Both the position numbers and the translations under genes were made by a program. A model generated the notes under the pieces. That model made no database searches. It had not been told where the DNA came from and was given only the letters and a program-made list of their open reading frames with translations. A stretch of DNA of 64,000 nucleotides from Dehalococcoidia bacterium (GTDB lineage: Bacteria; Chloroflexota; Dehalococcoidia; Bin125), in assembly GCA_963663895.2 (NCBI GenBank), contig CAXXRD010000002.1, forward strand, positions 349,889-413,888. Reading direction: 5' to 3'. Of this stretch, positions 26,137 through 36,633 are shown one piece after another (position 1 is the first letter of the stretch; each line of letters opens with the position of its first letter).

Positions 26137-27726
26137 ATGCGGTTCGTGGTCGATCTGCTCATCAGCAACGGCACCATCATCGACGGCAGCGGCGAGCCGG
26201 GATTCGCCGGCACGGTCATCGTCGACGGCGACACGCTGGCCGTACGCCGCGGCGGGGCCGCTGAGCTGCGCGCGGCGCGGTCGATCGACGCGAGGGGCCG
26301 CGTCGTCTGCCCCGGCTTCATCGACCTCCACTCGCACGCCGGGCTGACCATCCTCGGCGCCCCCGAGCATGAGCCCAAGGTGCGGCAGGGCGTCACGACC
26401 GAGCTGATCGGGGTCGACGGGATCTCGCACGCGCCGTTCAAGAGCGCGGCGGAGCGCGACCGCTTCATCTGGATGGACTGCGGTCTGAACAGCTATCCCC
26501 CGGCGCCGGCGGATTGGCTGACCGTCGCCGACCTCCTGCAGAAGCTCGACAACGCCGTCGCGGTCAACATGGCCTTCATCCTGGGCAACGCGCCGCTGCG
26601 CATCTGGGCGGTCGGGTGGGAAGAGCGGCCGGCAACGGAGCGGGAGATCGCGGAGATGCGTTCGGTGCTGCGCGAAGCGAACGAGGACGGCGCCTGGGCG
26701 CTCTCGTCGGGGCTCGATTATCCGCCGGGCTCGTACGCGGACAGCCAGGAGCTGGCGGCTTTGATGGCGGAGGCGGCTCCCTTCGGCGGCTTCTACCACA
26801 CACATACGCGCTCGCAGCTTCGCCGCCGGGGAGCGCTGCGGCCCTGGGAAGAGGCGCTTGACATCGGGCGCATGAGCGGGGGCGCCGTCCACTTCACGCA
26901 CTACTATCAGCCGCTCGGCAGTCCGGCCCCGGCCGAGGCGTATCTGGGCCTCGTCGATGCCGCTCGCACGGAGGGAGGCGATGTCACCTTCGATTGCTAC
27001 ACCTACCCGTACTCCTCCACGACCGCCACGATCTTGATCCCCAGCTGGGCCAAGAACGGCGGCCCCGAGCGCCTCATGGAGGCGCTGCGCAACCCCAACG
27101 AGCGCGCGCGGATCAAGGAGGCGCTGACCAGCAAGGACCGGGTATTGCGCTGGGAGGTCGGCTGGCTGACCTCGTTCCGCCGGCCGGAGAACGCTCCCTA
27201 CGACGGACGGCTCATCCCGGAGATCGCGGCGATGCGCCAGCAGGAGCCGGCCGAGGCGCTGCTGGACCTCCTCCTTGAGGAGGAGCTGCACGTGACTTGG
27301 GTCGGGGCCTGGGTGACCGAAGCCACGATCCCGCACTTCGTGGCCCATCCCCAAGGGATGATCGCCAGCGATGCGATCGTCTTCGGCGATCGGCCCAGCC
27401 CCCGAACCTACGGCTGTTTCCCCCTGGTACTGGGCCGCTTCGTCCGCGAGGAGGGCCATCTCTCCCTGCCGGAGGCCATCCGCAAGATGACCTCGACCCC
27501 CGCCCGGCGCCTGGGCCTCCGCGACCGCGGTCTCCTGCGCGACGGCTATAAGGCGGACATCGTGATCTTCGACCCGGAAGCGGTCGATGCGCGGGCAACC
27601 CGGCAGACGCCGCGCGCCTACCCGGCCGGGATCGACTACGTCATCGTCAACGGCCGGGTCGTCATTGAGCGCGGCACGCATACCGGCGCCCTGCCGGGAC
27701 GCGCGTTGCGCCGCGGTCGGGACTAG
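26137..27726 (+). CDS. N-acyl-D-amino-acid deacylase (D-aminoacylase) family amidohydrolase
   Basis: LLISNGTIIDGSG...VCPGFIDLHSHAG is the characteristic N-terminus. 529 aa. Confidence 0.85.
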   Translation: MRFVVDLLISNGTIIDGSGEPGFAGTVIVDGDTLAVRRGGAAELRAARSIDARGRVVCPGFIDLHSHAGLTILGAPEHEPKVRQGVTTELIGVDGISHAPFKSAAERDRFIWMDCGLNSYPPAPADWLTVADLLQKLDNAVAVNMAFILGNAPLRIWAVGWEERPATEREIAEMRSVLREANEDGAWALSSGLDYPPGSYADSQELAALMAEAAPFGGFYHTHTRSQLRRRGALRPWEEALDIGRMSGGAVHFTHYYQPLGSPAPAEAYLGLVDAARTEGGDVTFDCYTYPYSSTTATILIPSWAKNGGPERLMEALRNPNERARIKEALTSKDRVLRWEVGWLTSFRRPENAPYDGRLIPEIAAMRQQEPAEALLDLLLEEELHVTWVGAWVTEATIPHFVAHPQGMIASDAIVFGDRPSPRTYGCFPLVLGRFVREEGHLSLPEAIRKMTSTPARRLGLRDRGLLRDGYKADIVIFDPEAVDARATRQTPRAYPAGIDYVIVNGRVVIERGTHTGALPGRALRRGRD

Positions 27727-27865
27727 GTCGGCGCGAACCCCGCGGCTTTCCCTCGGTTGCGAGGGGAGTGCAGCACAGGGCACGGGTTCCCGGCGCCCGT
27801 TCCAGTGTCAGCGATTATGCATCCCCATCGTTGCCTCCGCGGCAGTGCCCGGCATGCGCCCTGGG

Positions 27866-28672
27866 TTACTCGCCGGTGAACTGCGGAGCGCGCTTCTCGA
27901 AGAAGGCGGACGCTCCCTCAAGATTGTCCCGGGTCATGGCCGTCTGCACGAGCGCTTCGGTTTCGAAATCGAGGGCGGTCTCCAGCGATGCCTCCAGGCC
28001 GCGATCGAGCATCGTTTTGTGCAGCTGCACTGCCAGCGGGGCGCGGCTGGCGATCCGCGCCGCCAGACGCCCCGCCTCTTCCCGCTCCGTGCCGGGCTCC
28101 ACCACCCGGTTGACGAGGCCGATGCGGTGCGCCTCCTCGGCATCGATGAACTCTCCCGTGTAGGCCAGCTCGCGGGCCTTGGCCAGTCCGATCTGGCGCG
28201 GCAAGAAATAGGTACCGCCGTTGGTGATCGTCACGCCGATGTTGACCTCGGGGAATCCGAACCGAGCATCGCGCCCCGCCACCACCAGATCGCAGGCCGC
28301 CACGGTCTCGCAGCCGGCGCCGAGCGCATAGCCCTGCACGGCCGCGATCACGGGACAATGCAGCCGCCGGATCCAACGGGCGCTGTCCTGCAAGGCCTGC
28401 TGCCAGCGGCGCAGCTGCGCTCCGCTCAGAGTGCCCGACGCGATCCCTTCGTTATGACTGCGGATCTCCTCCACATCATGTCCGGCGAGAAATGCCCGGC
28501 CTTCCCCTGCCAGCACCACGCAGCGCACGTCGCGATCGGCATCCACCTCGGCCAAGAGCTCGCACATGCGGCTCCAGCTCTCCACGGTCATCGCGTTAAG
28601 GCGCTCGGGACGGTTGAAGATCAGCCAGGCCAAGTGTCCTTCCCGGCGGATGAGGATGCGCTCTTCATTCAT
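27866..28672 (-). CDS. enoyl-CoA hydratase/isomerase (crotonase) family protein
   Basis: MNEERILIRREGHLAWLIFNRPERLNAMT...GEGRAFLAGHD. Start trimmed to the ATG at 28672. Confidence 0.85.
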   Translation of the reverse strand: MNEERILIRREGHLAWLIFNRPERLNAMTVESWSRMCELLAEVDADRDVRCVVLAGEGRAFLAGHDVEEIRSHNEGIASGTLSGAQLRRWQQALQDSARWIRRLHCPVIAAVQGYALGAGCETVAACDLVVAGRDARFGFPEVNIGVTITNGGTYFLPRQIGLAKARELAYTGEFIDAEEAHRIGLVNRVVEPGTEREEAGRLAARIASRAPLAVQLHKTMLDRGLEASLETALDFETEALVQTAMTRDNLEGASAFFEKRAPQFTGE

Positions 28673-28783
28673 GCGGATGCTCCCTCTCTCTCCATCTCGG
28701 CGGTGAGCACGGTGCAGGCTTGCGCTCTCACTGGGCGGCGGAAAGCCTGCTCGCGCTTGAATCTCTCCCAAGAGGTACGAAGT

Positions 28784-29263
28784 CTAGGTCACGCGCACCA
28801 CGCACCCACCGGTGAGCGCCTCGAGATCAGACGGAGTGAGCCGGAAGACGGCGTGGGACGTACCAGCGGCCGCCCAGATCTCGTCGTATCGCCGGAGGTC
28901 CTCGTCGATGAAGACATCCATGGGCGACGCATGCCCAACCGGGGGCACGCCGCCGATGCTGAAGCCGGTTCGCGCTCGCACGAATTCCGCCGTCGCCAGC
29001 GTGATCCGTTCCCCGACCAGAGCGGAGACGGCCTCGCTGTTCACGCGATTGGTCCCGCTCGCGATCACCAAGAGGGGTGCATCCGATTGCCGGCGATGGA
29101 AGACGAGTGATTTAGCGATCTGCGACACCTCGCAGCCGATTGCGCTCGCTGCCTCCGCAGCCGTCCGAGTGCTCGCCGGCAGCTCCCGGACTTCCAGTTC
29201 CATTCCGGCGGCGGCGATCACGTCCTGGACGCGCTGGGCCCTGACACTCAGCTTCCCCATCAT
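28784..29263 (-). CDS. YbaK/EbsC-type aminoacyl-tRNA editing (deacylase) domain protein
   Basis: ...TAAEAASAIGCEVSQIAKSLVF...GFSIGGVPPVGH is a typical YbaK/ProX-like sequence. Confidence 0.8.
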   Translation of the reverse strand: MMGKLSVRAQRVQDVIAAAGMELEVRELPASTRTAAEAASAIGCEVSQIAKSLVFHRRQSDAPLLVIASGTNRVNSEAVSALVGERITLATAEFVRARTGFSIGGVPPVGHASPMDVFIDEDLRRYDEIWAAAGTSHAVFRLTPSDLEALTGGCVVRVT

Positions 29264-29454
29264 CGATCTCGTTTCGTCCTCGGACCGGCCAGGATGGAAG
29301 GCCCCGCGCTTGCGCGGTTTCCCCTCGGCAGGATCGCCATGTTAGTCTCCGTTGGTGGGCTGCGCGCCCCGCGGAATGGGCGCGCTTCCTCACAGTTTCC
29401 AGCGATTCGCGTTTCCGGATACTCGCGGAGCGCGGCGTTTCCGGAGGAGGTACG

Positions 29455-30819
29455 ATGCGCGAGTCAGACTATCACCACGAGACCTCTCGGCTGAGAGACT
29501 GGCGGCTCGGCTTGAGCCGGCCCGCCCTGCTGTTGATCGCGGCGTTGGCGATGGTCGCGCTGGTCGCCGCGGCCTGTGGCGACGACGAGGAGACCGCGCC
29601 TGCGGCGCCCGAAGCACCCAGCGCCCAGACCCTGGATACGGGAGACGCCGCGCCGGTCAGCGCGGGCCCGCTACGCATCGGCTTCCTAGCGGACTTCTCG
29701 GGGCCGATCGCGGAGTTCGGGCCGCCTATCCAGACCGGCGTCGATCTGGCGATCAAGCACATCAATGCCGGCGGCGGCGTCCTGGGTCAGGACGTGATCC
29801 TGGCGGCCACGGGCGACACCATGTTGGATCCGGTGCAGGGCGCGGAGGAAGCCCGCCGGCTGATTGATATCGAAGGCGTCCACGCCATCGTCGGGCCGCT
29901 CGCCAGCGACGTAACCGTGCCGGTGGGCGAGAGCGTCATCGGCCCCGCCGGGATTCCCACGATCTCGCCATCCGCGACGGCGCCGGCGATCACGGTAGTG
30001 AACGACAACGGCTTCCTTTTCCGCAGCACCACCTCGGACGCGGCGCAGGGGCCTGTCCTCGCGCAGCTGGCGACGGACGAAGGCTTCGACAACGTCGGCG
30101 TGCTCTTCGTCAACGATCCGTACGGCCAAGGGCTTTCCGAAGCTTTTGTCGAGGCCTTTGAGGGCAGGGCAACCGCCGCATCCTACGAGGGTGAGCAGGC
30201 GACCTACCTGGCTGAGCTGCAAGCGGCCGCGGCCAACGGCGCCCGCGTGCTCGTCGCAATCGGATTCCCAACCGAAGCGATGGTCTACGTCCGGGAGGCG
30301 CTGGAGAACGATCTATTCGACCAGTTCCTCTTCGTCGACGGGACCCGCAGCCCGGAACTCATCGACGCGATCGGGGCCGAGTTCCTCAACGGCTCCAAGG
30401 GCACCGCGCCCGTCGGCGGTCCCGGCACAGCGAGTCGTCAGGCGTGGGAAGCCGCCTACATCGCCGAATACGGCGACGACGTGTTCTCGAGAGTGCCCTT
30501 CCTCGCCGAGGCGTACGACGCGGCGATCTGCCTCGCACTGGCCGCCGAAGCCGCCGGCTCGACCGACGGCGTGGCCATCCGCGACGCCTTGCCGCAGGTC
30601 TGCGGCGGCGGCGGCGAAGTCGCAACGGCCGGCGCCGAAGGCGTGGCCGCCGCGCTGGCCGCCGTGCGCGCCGGCAACACCATCAATTACGAGGGCGCCG
30701 CCACCAGCGTCGACTGGGACGCCAACGGCGACGTGCTCACCGGCTTCATCGGTATCTGGCAATACCAGGACGGCACGATCGTCGACATTGAGGAGGTTCC
30801 GTTCGACCTGTCGAACTGA
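29455..30819 (+). CDS. ABC transporter substrate-binding lipoprotein (branched-chain amino acid/LivK-like)
   Basis: GGAGGAGG RBS. Signal peptide with a lipobox (LVAAAC). Periplasmic-binding-protein type I-like sequence (LRIGFLADFSGP...). Confidence 0.85.
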   Translation: MRESDYHHETSRLRDWRLGLSRPALLLIAALAMVALVAAACGDDEETAPAAPEAPSAQTLDTGDAAPVSAGPLRIGFLADFSGPIAEFGPPIQTGVDLAIKHINAGGGVLGQDVILAATGDTMLDPVQGAEEARRLIDIEGVHAIVGPLASDVTVPVGESVIGPAGIPTISPSATAPAITVVNDNGFLFRSTTSDAAQGPVLAQLATDEGFDNVGVLFVNDPYGQGLSEAFVEAFEGRATAASYEGEQATYLAELQAAAANGARVLVAIGFPTEAMVYVREALENDLFDQFLFVDGTRSPELIDAIGAEFLNGSKGTAPVGGPGTASRQAWEAAYIAEYGDDVFSRVPFLAEAYDAAICLALAAEAAGSTDGVAIRDALPQVCGGGGEVATAGAEGVAAALAAVRAGNTINYEGAATSVDWDANGDVLTGFIGIWQYQDGTIVDIEEVPFDLSN

Positions 30820-30839
30820 CCTCCACAATGTGTAACGCG

Positions 30840-30873
30840 AAGCGAGCGGCTCGGATGAGCCGCTCGCTTTATT
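30840..30873 (+). terminator. rho-independent terminator between convergent genes
   Basis: A perfect 13-bp stem (aagcgagcggctc / gagccgctcgctt) with a GGAT loop, followed by TTTATT. Confidence 0.75.
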
Positions 30874-30898
30874 CCCCTCACCGGTCCTCAACGCATCG

Positions 30899-32005
30899 TC
30901 ACGCCTCATGTGAGGAGCGGGACCCGGGACCGGAGAAGCGAGACCACAGGCTTGGCCAACGTCCTCCATCAGAGCCAGCGTCGGTGACGAAGCGACTAAC
31001 ACGCCGCCGCTCGGGCAAGATTCCTTGCGGCCGCGCGACCACGAAAACGACGATTAACAGTCCGATCACTAGCTGCCGAATCATGAACACTCGGTTGCCC
31101 AAGGAGTCCGGCAAATCCTCTTGAATCAAGGGGGTCCCGAACCAGAAGAAGCCCACCAAGAGCGCGCCCAAGAGCGCGCCGCGGTTATTGCCGCTGCCGC
31201 CCACCATCAGCATCGCCCAGACGAGGAACGTGCCCAGCAGGTCACTGAATGAGGTCGGCGCGATCGCGCCGAAGCGGTGCGCGAAGATCGCCCCGCCGAG
31301 CCCCATGATCATCCCGCCCAGCACAAAACTCTGCATGCGGAAGCTGACCGTGTTCTTGCCCGCCGCTTTGGCCGTGTCCTCGTTCTCGCGGATCGCGCGC
31401 AGTACCCGACCCCAGGGTGAGGCCGTCGTTCGCTGCAAGACCAGATACACAACCAGCAGCATCACCAATGCGATGCCCAAGAGCACCCAGCGGTAGTCTT
31501 CCCCGCTCGCAAGCTCATCCAAGAAGCGAGGGATCCCACTCAAGCCGCTGGAGCGATTGACTAGTCCTTCGATCGAATTGGCGATACTGCGCAGGATGGC
31601 GGCTATGCCGATCGTCGCGATCGCGAGGAAGTCGTGACGGAGGCGCAGCGTCGGCAAGCCGACGATCAGCGCCAGCGCCCCCGCCGCCCCCATGCCCGCC
31701 AACCAGCCAATGGGAACGGGCAAACCGAAGCCGCCGGCATAGTCGAGAACCCCCGTCACCTCGGCACCGGACGTGGTGACCGTGACGGCCTCCGGGTGGG
31801 GAAGGGTCAGCAGGGCACTGGTATAGGCGCCCACCATGAAGAACGCCACGACGCCGAAATTGAATACGCCCGTGTAGCCCCATTGAAGGTTGAGCCCCAG
31901 CGCTACGATGCCGAAGATGGCGACCGTCGTCAGGAAGCCCACCGTCCAATTGACGGCGCCGCCGAAAGTCACCAGTACGATCAGGTCGATGGCGAAGAGA
32001 TCCAC
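30899..32005 (-). CDS. livM: branched-chain amino acid ABC transporter permease (LivM-like)
   Basis: Multi-TM, 368 aa. It sits in an operon with LivH/G/F-like genes. Confidence 0.8.
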   Translation of the reverse strand: MDLFAIDLIVLVTFGGAVNWTVGFLTTVAIFGIVALGLNLQWGYTGVFNFGVVAFFMVGAYTSALLTLPHPEAVTVTTSGAEVTGVLDYAGGFGLPVPIGWLAGMGAAGALALIVGLPTLRLRHDFLAIATIGIAAILRSIANSIEGLVNRSSGLSGIPRFLDELASGEDYRWVLLGIALVMLLVVYLVLQRTTASPWGRVLRAIRENEDTAKAAGKNTVSFRMQSFVLGGMIMGLGGAIFAHRFGAIAPTSFSDLLGTFLVWAMLMVGGSGNNRGALLGALLVGFFWFGTPLIQEDLPDSLGNRVFMIRQLVIGLLIVVFVVARPQGILPERRRVSRFVTDAGSDGGRWPSLWSRFSGPGSRSSHEA

Positions 32006-32014
32006 AGGGGTCCT

Positions 32015-32902
32015 CTAGATCGTCGAGCCGAACAGCCCCCGTGGGCGCAGCAGCAACATCAGGATCAAAATCAGGAAGGGCACGGCAGGCTTCAGCCCCG
32101 TGTTGATCCACTCCGTCGAGACCTCCTGCGAGATCCCAACCACCATGCCCCCCACGAGCGCGCCCCAGGGATTGCCGATCCCGCCCAGGATCACGGCGGC
32201 GAACATCGGCAGGATCAGGTGGAAGCCGGCACTGAAGCGCAGCTGCGCTTGGATCCCCAGCATGATTCCCGCCACCGCGATGAGACAGCCGGCGATCACC
32301 CAGGTCCAGCGACGGATCTGCTCCGTTTCGATCCCCGCGACCTCGGCTAAGTCGGGGTTGTCCGCGGTGGCGCGCATCGCCTTGCCCAGTTTGGTGCGAT
32401 ACAGCAGCAGATAGACGACGACCACGAGCAGCAAGGTGAGCCCGAAAATGAAGAACTGGTCCGGTTTGACCTTGAGATCCCAGAAGATGGTCGTGGCCTC
32501 GTTGATGCCGGACTGGTAGCGGAAGGCAGTGGGACCCCAGATCAGCTGCACGATCGCGCGCAAGCCGATGCCGATCCCCAGGCTTGCGACGGCCATCGTG
32601 ATGAAACCGCCGCCGCGAGCGCGCAAGCGGCGGAAGACGAGCCAATCCAAGCCCAGTACGACCAGTGCGACCCCGGCCATGGCGACCAGCGCGGCCGGGA
32701 TCATCCCCCAGCCGAAGGAGAGCGGACCGATCGCCCCCCCGTGGAGCCCCGCATCGACGACCACCGCGAACGCCAGGAACATCCCCAACGTCATCAGGTC
32801 GCCGTGGGCGAAGTTGGCGAACTTCAGCACGCCGTAGCTCAGGGTCAGCCCGATCGCCCCCAGCCCGATGATCGAGCCGGAGACGATGCCAACGATGACC
32901 AA
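32015..32902 (-). CDS. livH: branched-chain amino acid ABC transporter permease (LivH-like)
   Basis: 295 aa, multi-TM, with a typical LivH N-terminus (GLGAIGLTLSYGVLKFANFAHGD). Confidence 0.8.
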   Translation of the reverse strand: MVIVGIVSGSIIGLGAIGLTLSYGVLKFANFAHGDLMTLGMFLAFAVVVDAGLHGGAIGPLSFGWGMIPAALVAMAGVALVVLGLDWLVFRRLRARGGGFITMAVASLGIGIGLRAIVQLIWGPTAFRYQSGINEATTIFWDLKVKPDQFFIFGLTLLLVVVVYLLLYRTKLGKAMRATADNPDLAEVAGIETEQIRRWTWVIAGCLIAVAGIMLGIQAQLRFSAGFHLILPMFAAVILGGIGNPWGALVGGMVVGISQEVSTEWINTGLKPAVPFLILILMLLLRPRGLFGSTI

Positions 32903-32926
32903 CTGTGCGATATCCGTGGCGTGCTC

Positions 32927-33646
32927 CTATGCGGATGCGGTCTCTTGACCCAAGAAGAGCCGTCCCACATCCGGATTCGCCAATAGCTGCTCCCCGGGCT
33001 GCTCCAGCGCATTGCGGCCCGCCACCAGCACGTAGCCGCGATCGGAGAGGCGCAGCGCTTCCTTGGCGTTCTGCTCCACCATCAGGATCGCGACGCCCTG
33101 CGCATTGATGGCGCGGATCCGCTCAAAGATTTGGCCGCGCATGCGCGGCGAGAGGCTCGCGGTCGGCTCGTCCAGGCAGAGCAGGACGGGGTCTAGCATC
33201 AAGGCGCGCCCGATCGCGAGCATCTGTCGCTGCCCACCGGAAAGGTTGGCGGCGCGCTCGGCGGGACGGTGCTCGAGATCCGGGAAGAGGCGCAGGATCT
33301 CAGCGAGCCGCGCGGCCGTGCCGTGCCGGCGGCGATAGCCGCCCAGCTGGAGATTCTCGCGCACGTTCAGGGAAGGGAAGATGTTGGACGTCTGGGGAAC
33401 AAGCGCCGCGCCGGCCGCGACCATCTTGGGCGCCGAGGCGCGCGTGACATCGCTGCCCTGAAAGGTAATCCGTCCCCTGGAGGGGCGCAGCAGGCCGAAG
33501 ATGGTCTTGAGCAGGGTCGATTTGCCGGCACCGTTGGGTCCGATAATGGTGACGACCTCCGCATCGCCCACGCGGAGTGAGACGTCGTGGATGATCTCGG
33601 CGGCGCCGTAGCCAGCGCTGATCCCGTGCGCTTCCAACAGCGTCAC
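32927..33646 (-). CDS. livF: branched-chain amino acid ABC transporter ATP-binding protein (LivF-like)
   Basis: GPNGAGKSTLLK, LSGGQRQML and LLCLDEPTASL motifs. ATGA-type overlap with the upstream ATPase gene. Confidence 0.85.
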   Translation of the reverse strand: MTLLEAHGISAGYGAAEIIHDVSLRVGDAEVVTIIGPNGAGKSTLLKTIFGLLRPSRGRITFQGSDVTRASAPKMVAAGAALVPQTSNIFPSLNVRENLQLGGYRRRHGTAARLAEILRLFPDLEHRPAERAANLSGGQRQMLAIGRALMLDPVLLCLDEPTASLSPRMRGQIFERIRAINAQGVAILMVEQNAKEALRLSDRGYVLVAGRNALEQPGEQLLANPDVGRLFLGQETASA

Positions 33647-34404
33647 CGGTACTGACTCCCGAGGTAGGCATCCTGCACCGCTGGGTCCGCCATCACGGCG
33701 CTCGGCGCGCCTTCGGTCAGCACGCGCCCAGCGGACATCACCACCACCGTGTCCGCCAGCCGCATCACCACCTCCATATTGTGCTCGATGATCAAGAACG
33801 TCACCGACAGCTCCCGCTGCAGCCGGCGGATGTGATCGACCAATTGCAGCGCGAGTGTCGGGTTGACGCCGGCGGCCGGCTCGTCGAGCAGGACCAGCTT
33901 GGGGCGGGCGATCAGCGCCCGCGCCAGCTCCAGCAGCTTTTTCTGGCCGCCGGAGAGGTTGCCGGCGCGCTCGTGCGCCAACGCGTCGAGGGTCACGAGA
34001 CGCAGCATCTCGTGGGCGCGCGCCTCATGGGCGCGCTCCTCACAGGCGACCCGTTTGGCACGGAAGAGCGGCTCCCACGGCCGCTCACCCCGCTGCGCGC
34101 CGGCACCGAGCATGCAGTTCTCCAGCACGGTCATCGAACTCAACTCTTGCGGGATTTGGAAGGTCCGCACCAGACCACGGCGCACGATCGCGGGCGGAGA
34201 GAGACGGGCGATGGGCTCTCCCGCGAACTCGATCGTACCGCCGTCGAGACGCAGGAAGCCGCTGATGCAATTGAAGCAGGTGGTCTTCCCGGCGCCGTTA
34301 GGGCCGATCAGCGCCGTGATCGTCCCTTCCTCGATCGCGAACGTCGCGCCGTCGACGGCCGGGTTGCCGCCGAATCGCTTCACGAGATTCGTGACCCGGA
34401 GCAT
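33643..34404 (-). CDS. livG: branched-chain amino acid ABC transporter ATP-binding protein (LivG-like)
   Basis: MLRVTNLVKRFGG...GPNGAGKTT...LSGGQKKLLELA...LVLLDEPAAG. The start could instead be the upstream codon at 34455. Confidence 0.85.
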   Translation of the reverse strand: MLRVTNLVKRFGGNPAVDGATFAIEEGTITALIGPNGAGKTTCFNCISGFLRLDGGTIEFAGEPIARLSPPAIVRRGLVRTFQIPQELSSMTVLENCMLGAGAQRGERPWEPLFRAKRVACEERAHEARAHEMLRLVTLDALAHERAGNLSGGQKKLLELARALIARPKLVLLDEPAAGVNPTLALQLVDHIRRLQRELSVTFLIIEHNMEVVMRLADTVVVMSAGRVLTEGAPSAVMADPAVQDAYLGSQYR

Positions 34405-34718
34405 CCCGTCTATACTGGCCCTCCGCCCCAAGCGCCCGGAAGAGGCCGTCTCCAACGCCGTGTCATGGTAGCCTGCCGCCGCTCACGCCTGGGACGAGTA
34501 ACGCCAGCGATGCGCATCGCGCAAGCGTGGCCGGTATGGTGGGAGCCAGCAAGGCGATCGTGCGGTATTCTCCTGTTCTAGCGGCCCGTTCTCTCGCCAG
34601 AGGGGCCGCTGGGTTGCTCGGGGGCGTGCTGCCTGTTTAACTGTTCCCGGCTTAGCCGCCGCCCGAACGGCGAGAATAAACTTTCGCTTGGTCCAGCGAC
34701 GTTCGAGAGGACAATCCT

Positions 34719-36506
34719 ATGAGTGAAGCCCTCCAGTCCCCGATGAAAGTCGATCCCGTCACCTTTGAATTGGTGCGTAATTCGCTGAAGGCAGCCTGCG
34801 CGGAGATGGCGCTGGTCGTCTCCAAAACCGCGTATTCGGTGGCGATCAACGAGGGCAAGGACTTCGCCGGCACGATCAGCGACGCCAAAGGCAGTCTGGT
34901 GACCCAGAGCGACTACGACCTGCCGGCGTTCGTGGGGCTGAGCATGTACTCGACCAAGGAGGTCGTGAAGCAGATCGGCCTCGAGAACATGGAGCCAGAC
35001 GATATCTACTGGATCAACGATCCGTATGTCGCCAGCACGCACTGCAACGACATGCACTTCGTACGGCCGGTGTTCTATGAAGGCCGGGTGGCGGCCTTCG
35101 TGGAATCGACCGCCCACTGGAGCGACGTGGGGGGAGCGGTGCCGGGTTCGCTGAATTCCCGTGCGGTGACCCACTACGACGAGGGAGTGCGACTGCCGGC
35201 GGTGCGCGTCTACCGCAAAGGCGAGCTGCAGCGGGACGTGGTCTCGCTGGTGATGACCAACGTGCGCGATTCCTGGGAGCGGATGGGCGATCTGAACGCG
35301 CAGTGCTCGGCGCTGCGCACGGGGGACTCCCGCTTGCAGGAGATGTTCCGCAAGCATGGGCTACAGACGGTGTGGGACTGCATGGATGAGCTGCAGGACT
35401 ACTCGGAGCGGATGATCCGCTCCGCGCTCCGCTCCATTCCCGACGGCACCTACCAGACCGAGGACTACAACGACCAAGTCTTCGAGAGCGGCAATCCGGC
35501 CGCGTTCCGGGTCACGCTCACGATCGAAGGGGACCACGCCACTTTCGACCTGTCCGACAGCGACGAAACGGTGCCGGGCAGCATTAACACGACAATCGTC
35601 TCGACCACCTCGTCCCTGTTCAACTCGTTGGGGGCGATCCTGCCGCCGATGCCGATGAACGCGGGGGTGATGCGGGCAATCGAAATCAAGACGCGGCGGG
35701 GGTCGATCTGCCACGCGCTGCCGCCGACCGCGGTGTCGCTGCAGGCGTCGAGCATGGAGATCCTGGTGGGCTGCGGCGTGCAGGTCTTGAGTCAGGCGCT
35801 ACCGGAACGGGGCGCGGGCACCTGCTCCACCATCCTTAATACCGTCTTCACCGGGATCGACGAGCGCGAGACGTTCGGAGACGAGCCGTTCCTGGAGTAC
35901 GTCTGGGCGGTCGGAGGCATGGGGGGGACGAAATACAAGGATGGGCCGAGCGTCGTGGGGACCGCGTTCACGGCCACGATCCAGAACATCCCGGCCGAGT
36001 TGCAGGAGCGCCGCTACCCGCTGTTCTGGCGGCGCTATCAGATCAAGCCGAACACCGGCGGGCCGGGCAAGCGGCGGGGCGGATTGGGGCTGGACCAGCT
36101 CTGCGAGTTCCCCTTCGTCGGGGGGCAGTTGACGAATTTCGGCAATCGTGCCGAGATGGGGCCGCCGGGATGCTTTGGCGGAGAGCGGGGGGCAACGGCA
36201 GGCCTGGTGATGAACGAGAGAACAGAGAACGAGCGCCGGGTGGGATTGGTGGCGGTGAACGTGCCGGTCAGTGTCGGCGAGACGCTGCACTACTGGTCGG
36301 CAGGGGGAGGCGGGTATGGCGATCCGCTCGATCGCTCGATCGAGGATGTGGTTGAAGATGTGCAGGACGACTTGCTCAGCATCGCCAATGCGCGAGAGCA
36401 GTACGGGGTAGTCATGAGCGAGCGCGATCGGCGGACACTGGACTACGCGGTGGACGTGGCCGCTACCGACGCTTTGCGCAAAGAGAGGCGCGCCAAGCGC
36501 GCTTAG
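34719..36506 (+). CDS. hydantoinase B/oxoprolinase family protein (HyuB-like), with no adjacent HyuA
   Basis: VDPVTFELVRNSL...INDPYVASTHCNDMHFVRPVF. 595 aa. Confidence 0.9.
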   Translation: MSEALQSPMKVDPVTFELVRNSLKAACAEMALVVSKTAYSVAINEGKDFAGTISDAKGSLVTQSDYDLPAFVGLSMYSTKEVVKQIGLENMEPDDIYWINDPYVASTHCNDMHFVRPVFYEGRVAAFVESTAHWSDVGGAVPGSLNSRAVTHYDEGVRLPAVRVYRKGELQRDVVSLVMTNVRDSWERMGDLNAQCSALRTGDSRLQEMFRKHGLQTVWDCMDELQDYSERMIRSALRSIPDGTYQTEDYNDQVFESGNPAAFRVTLTIEGDHATFDLSDSDETVPGSINTTIVSTTSSLFNSLGAILPPMPMNAGVMRAIEIKTRRGSICHALPPTAVSLQASSMEILVGCGVQVLSQALPERGAGTCSTILNTVFTGIDERETFGDEPFLEYVWAVGGMGGTKYKDGPSVVGTAFTATIQNIPAELQERRYPLFWRRYQIKPNTGGPGKRRGGLGLDQLCEFPFVGGQLTNFGNRAEMGPPGCFGGERGATAGLVMNERTENERRVGLVAVNVPVSVGETLHYWSAGGGGYGDPLDRSIEDVVEDVQDDLLSIANAREQYGVVMSERDRRTLDYAVDVAATDALRKERRAKRA

Positions 36507-36633
36507 CGCTTAGGAACGTCACGAGCGTAGTTTCACTACTCATCGGACTATCAAGTCTGAAGTGGAATTCCACGATCTCCTCGTGCAACCGAGCGGTGCC
36601 CTTGGGGCGGTTGACCGCGACAAGAGCACCCAA

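Noticed and set aside
26035-27783. A 582-aa ORF on the - strand opposite the D-aminoacylase gene. Similar shadows occur at 62335..63909 (-), 56884..58422 (-), 54146..55195 (-) and 41416..43218 (+).
   Set aside because: Same reasoning: no motifs, Arg/Pro/Gly bias, and a convincing gene on the opposite strand.
36507-36633. On the - strand just downstream of the partner gene I read ...LVAVNRPKGTARLHEEIVEFHFRLD... This vaguely recalls the crotonase NRPxxxNA region and could be the other half of the truncated crotonase.
   Set aside because: The similarity is limited to N-R-P plus a few residues, and the expected downstream crotonase motifs do not follow. The frame also overlaps the 3' end of hyuB on the other strand. 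This is most likely coincidence.
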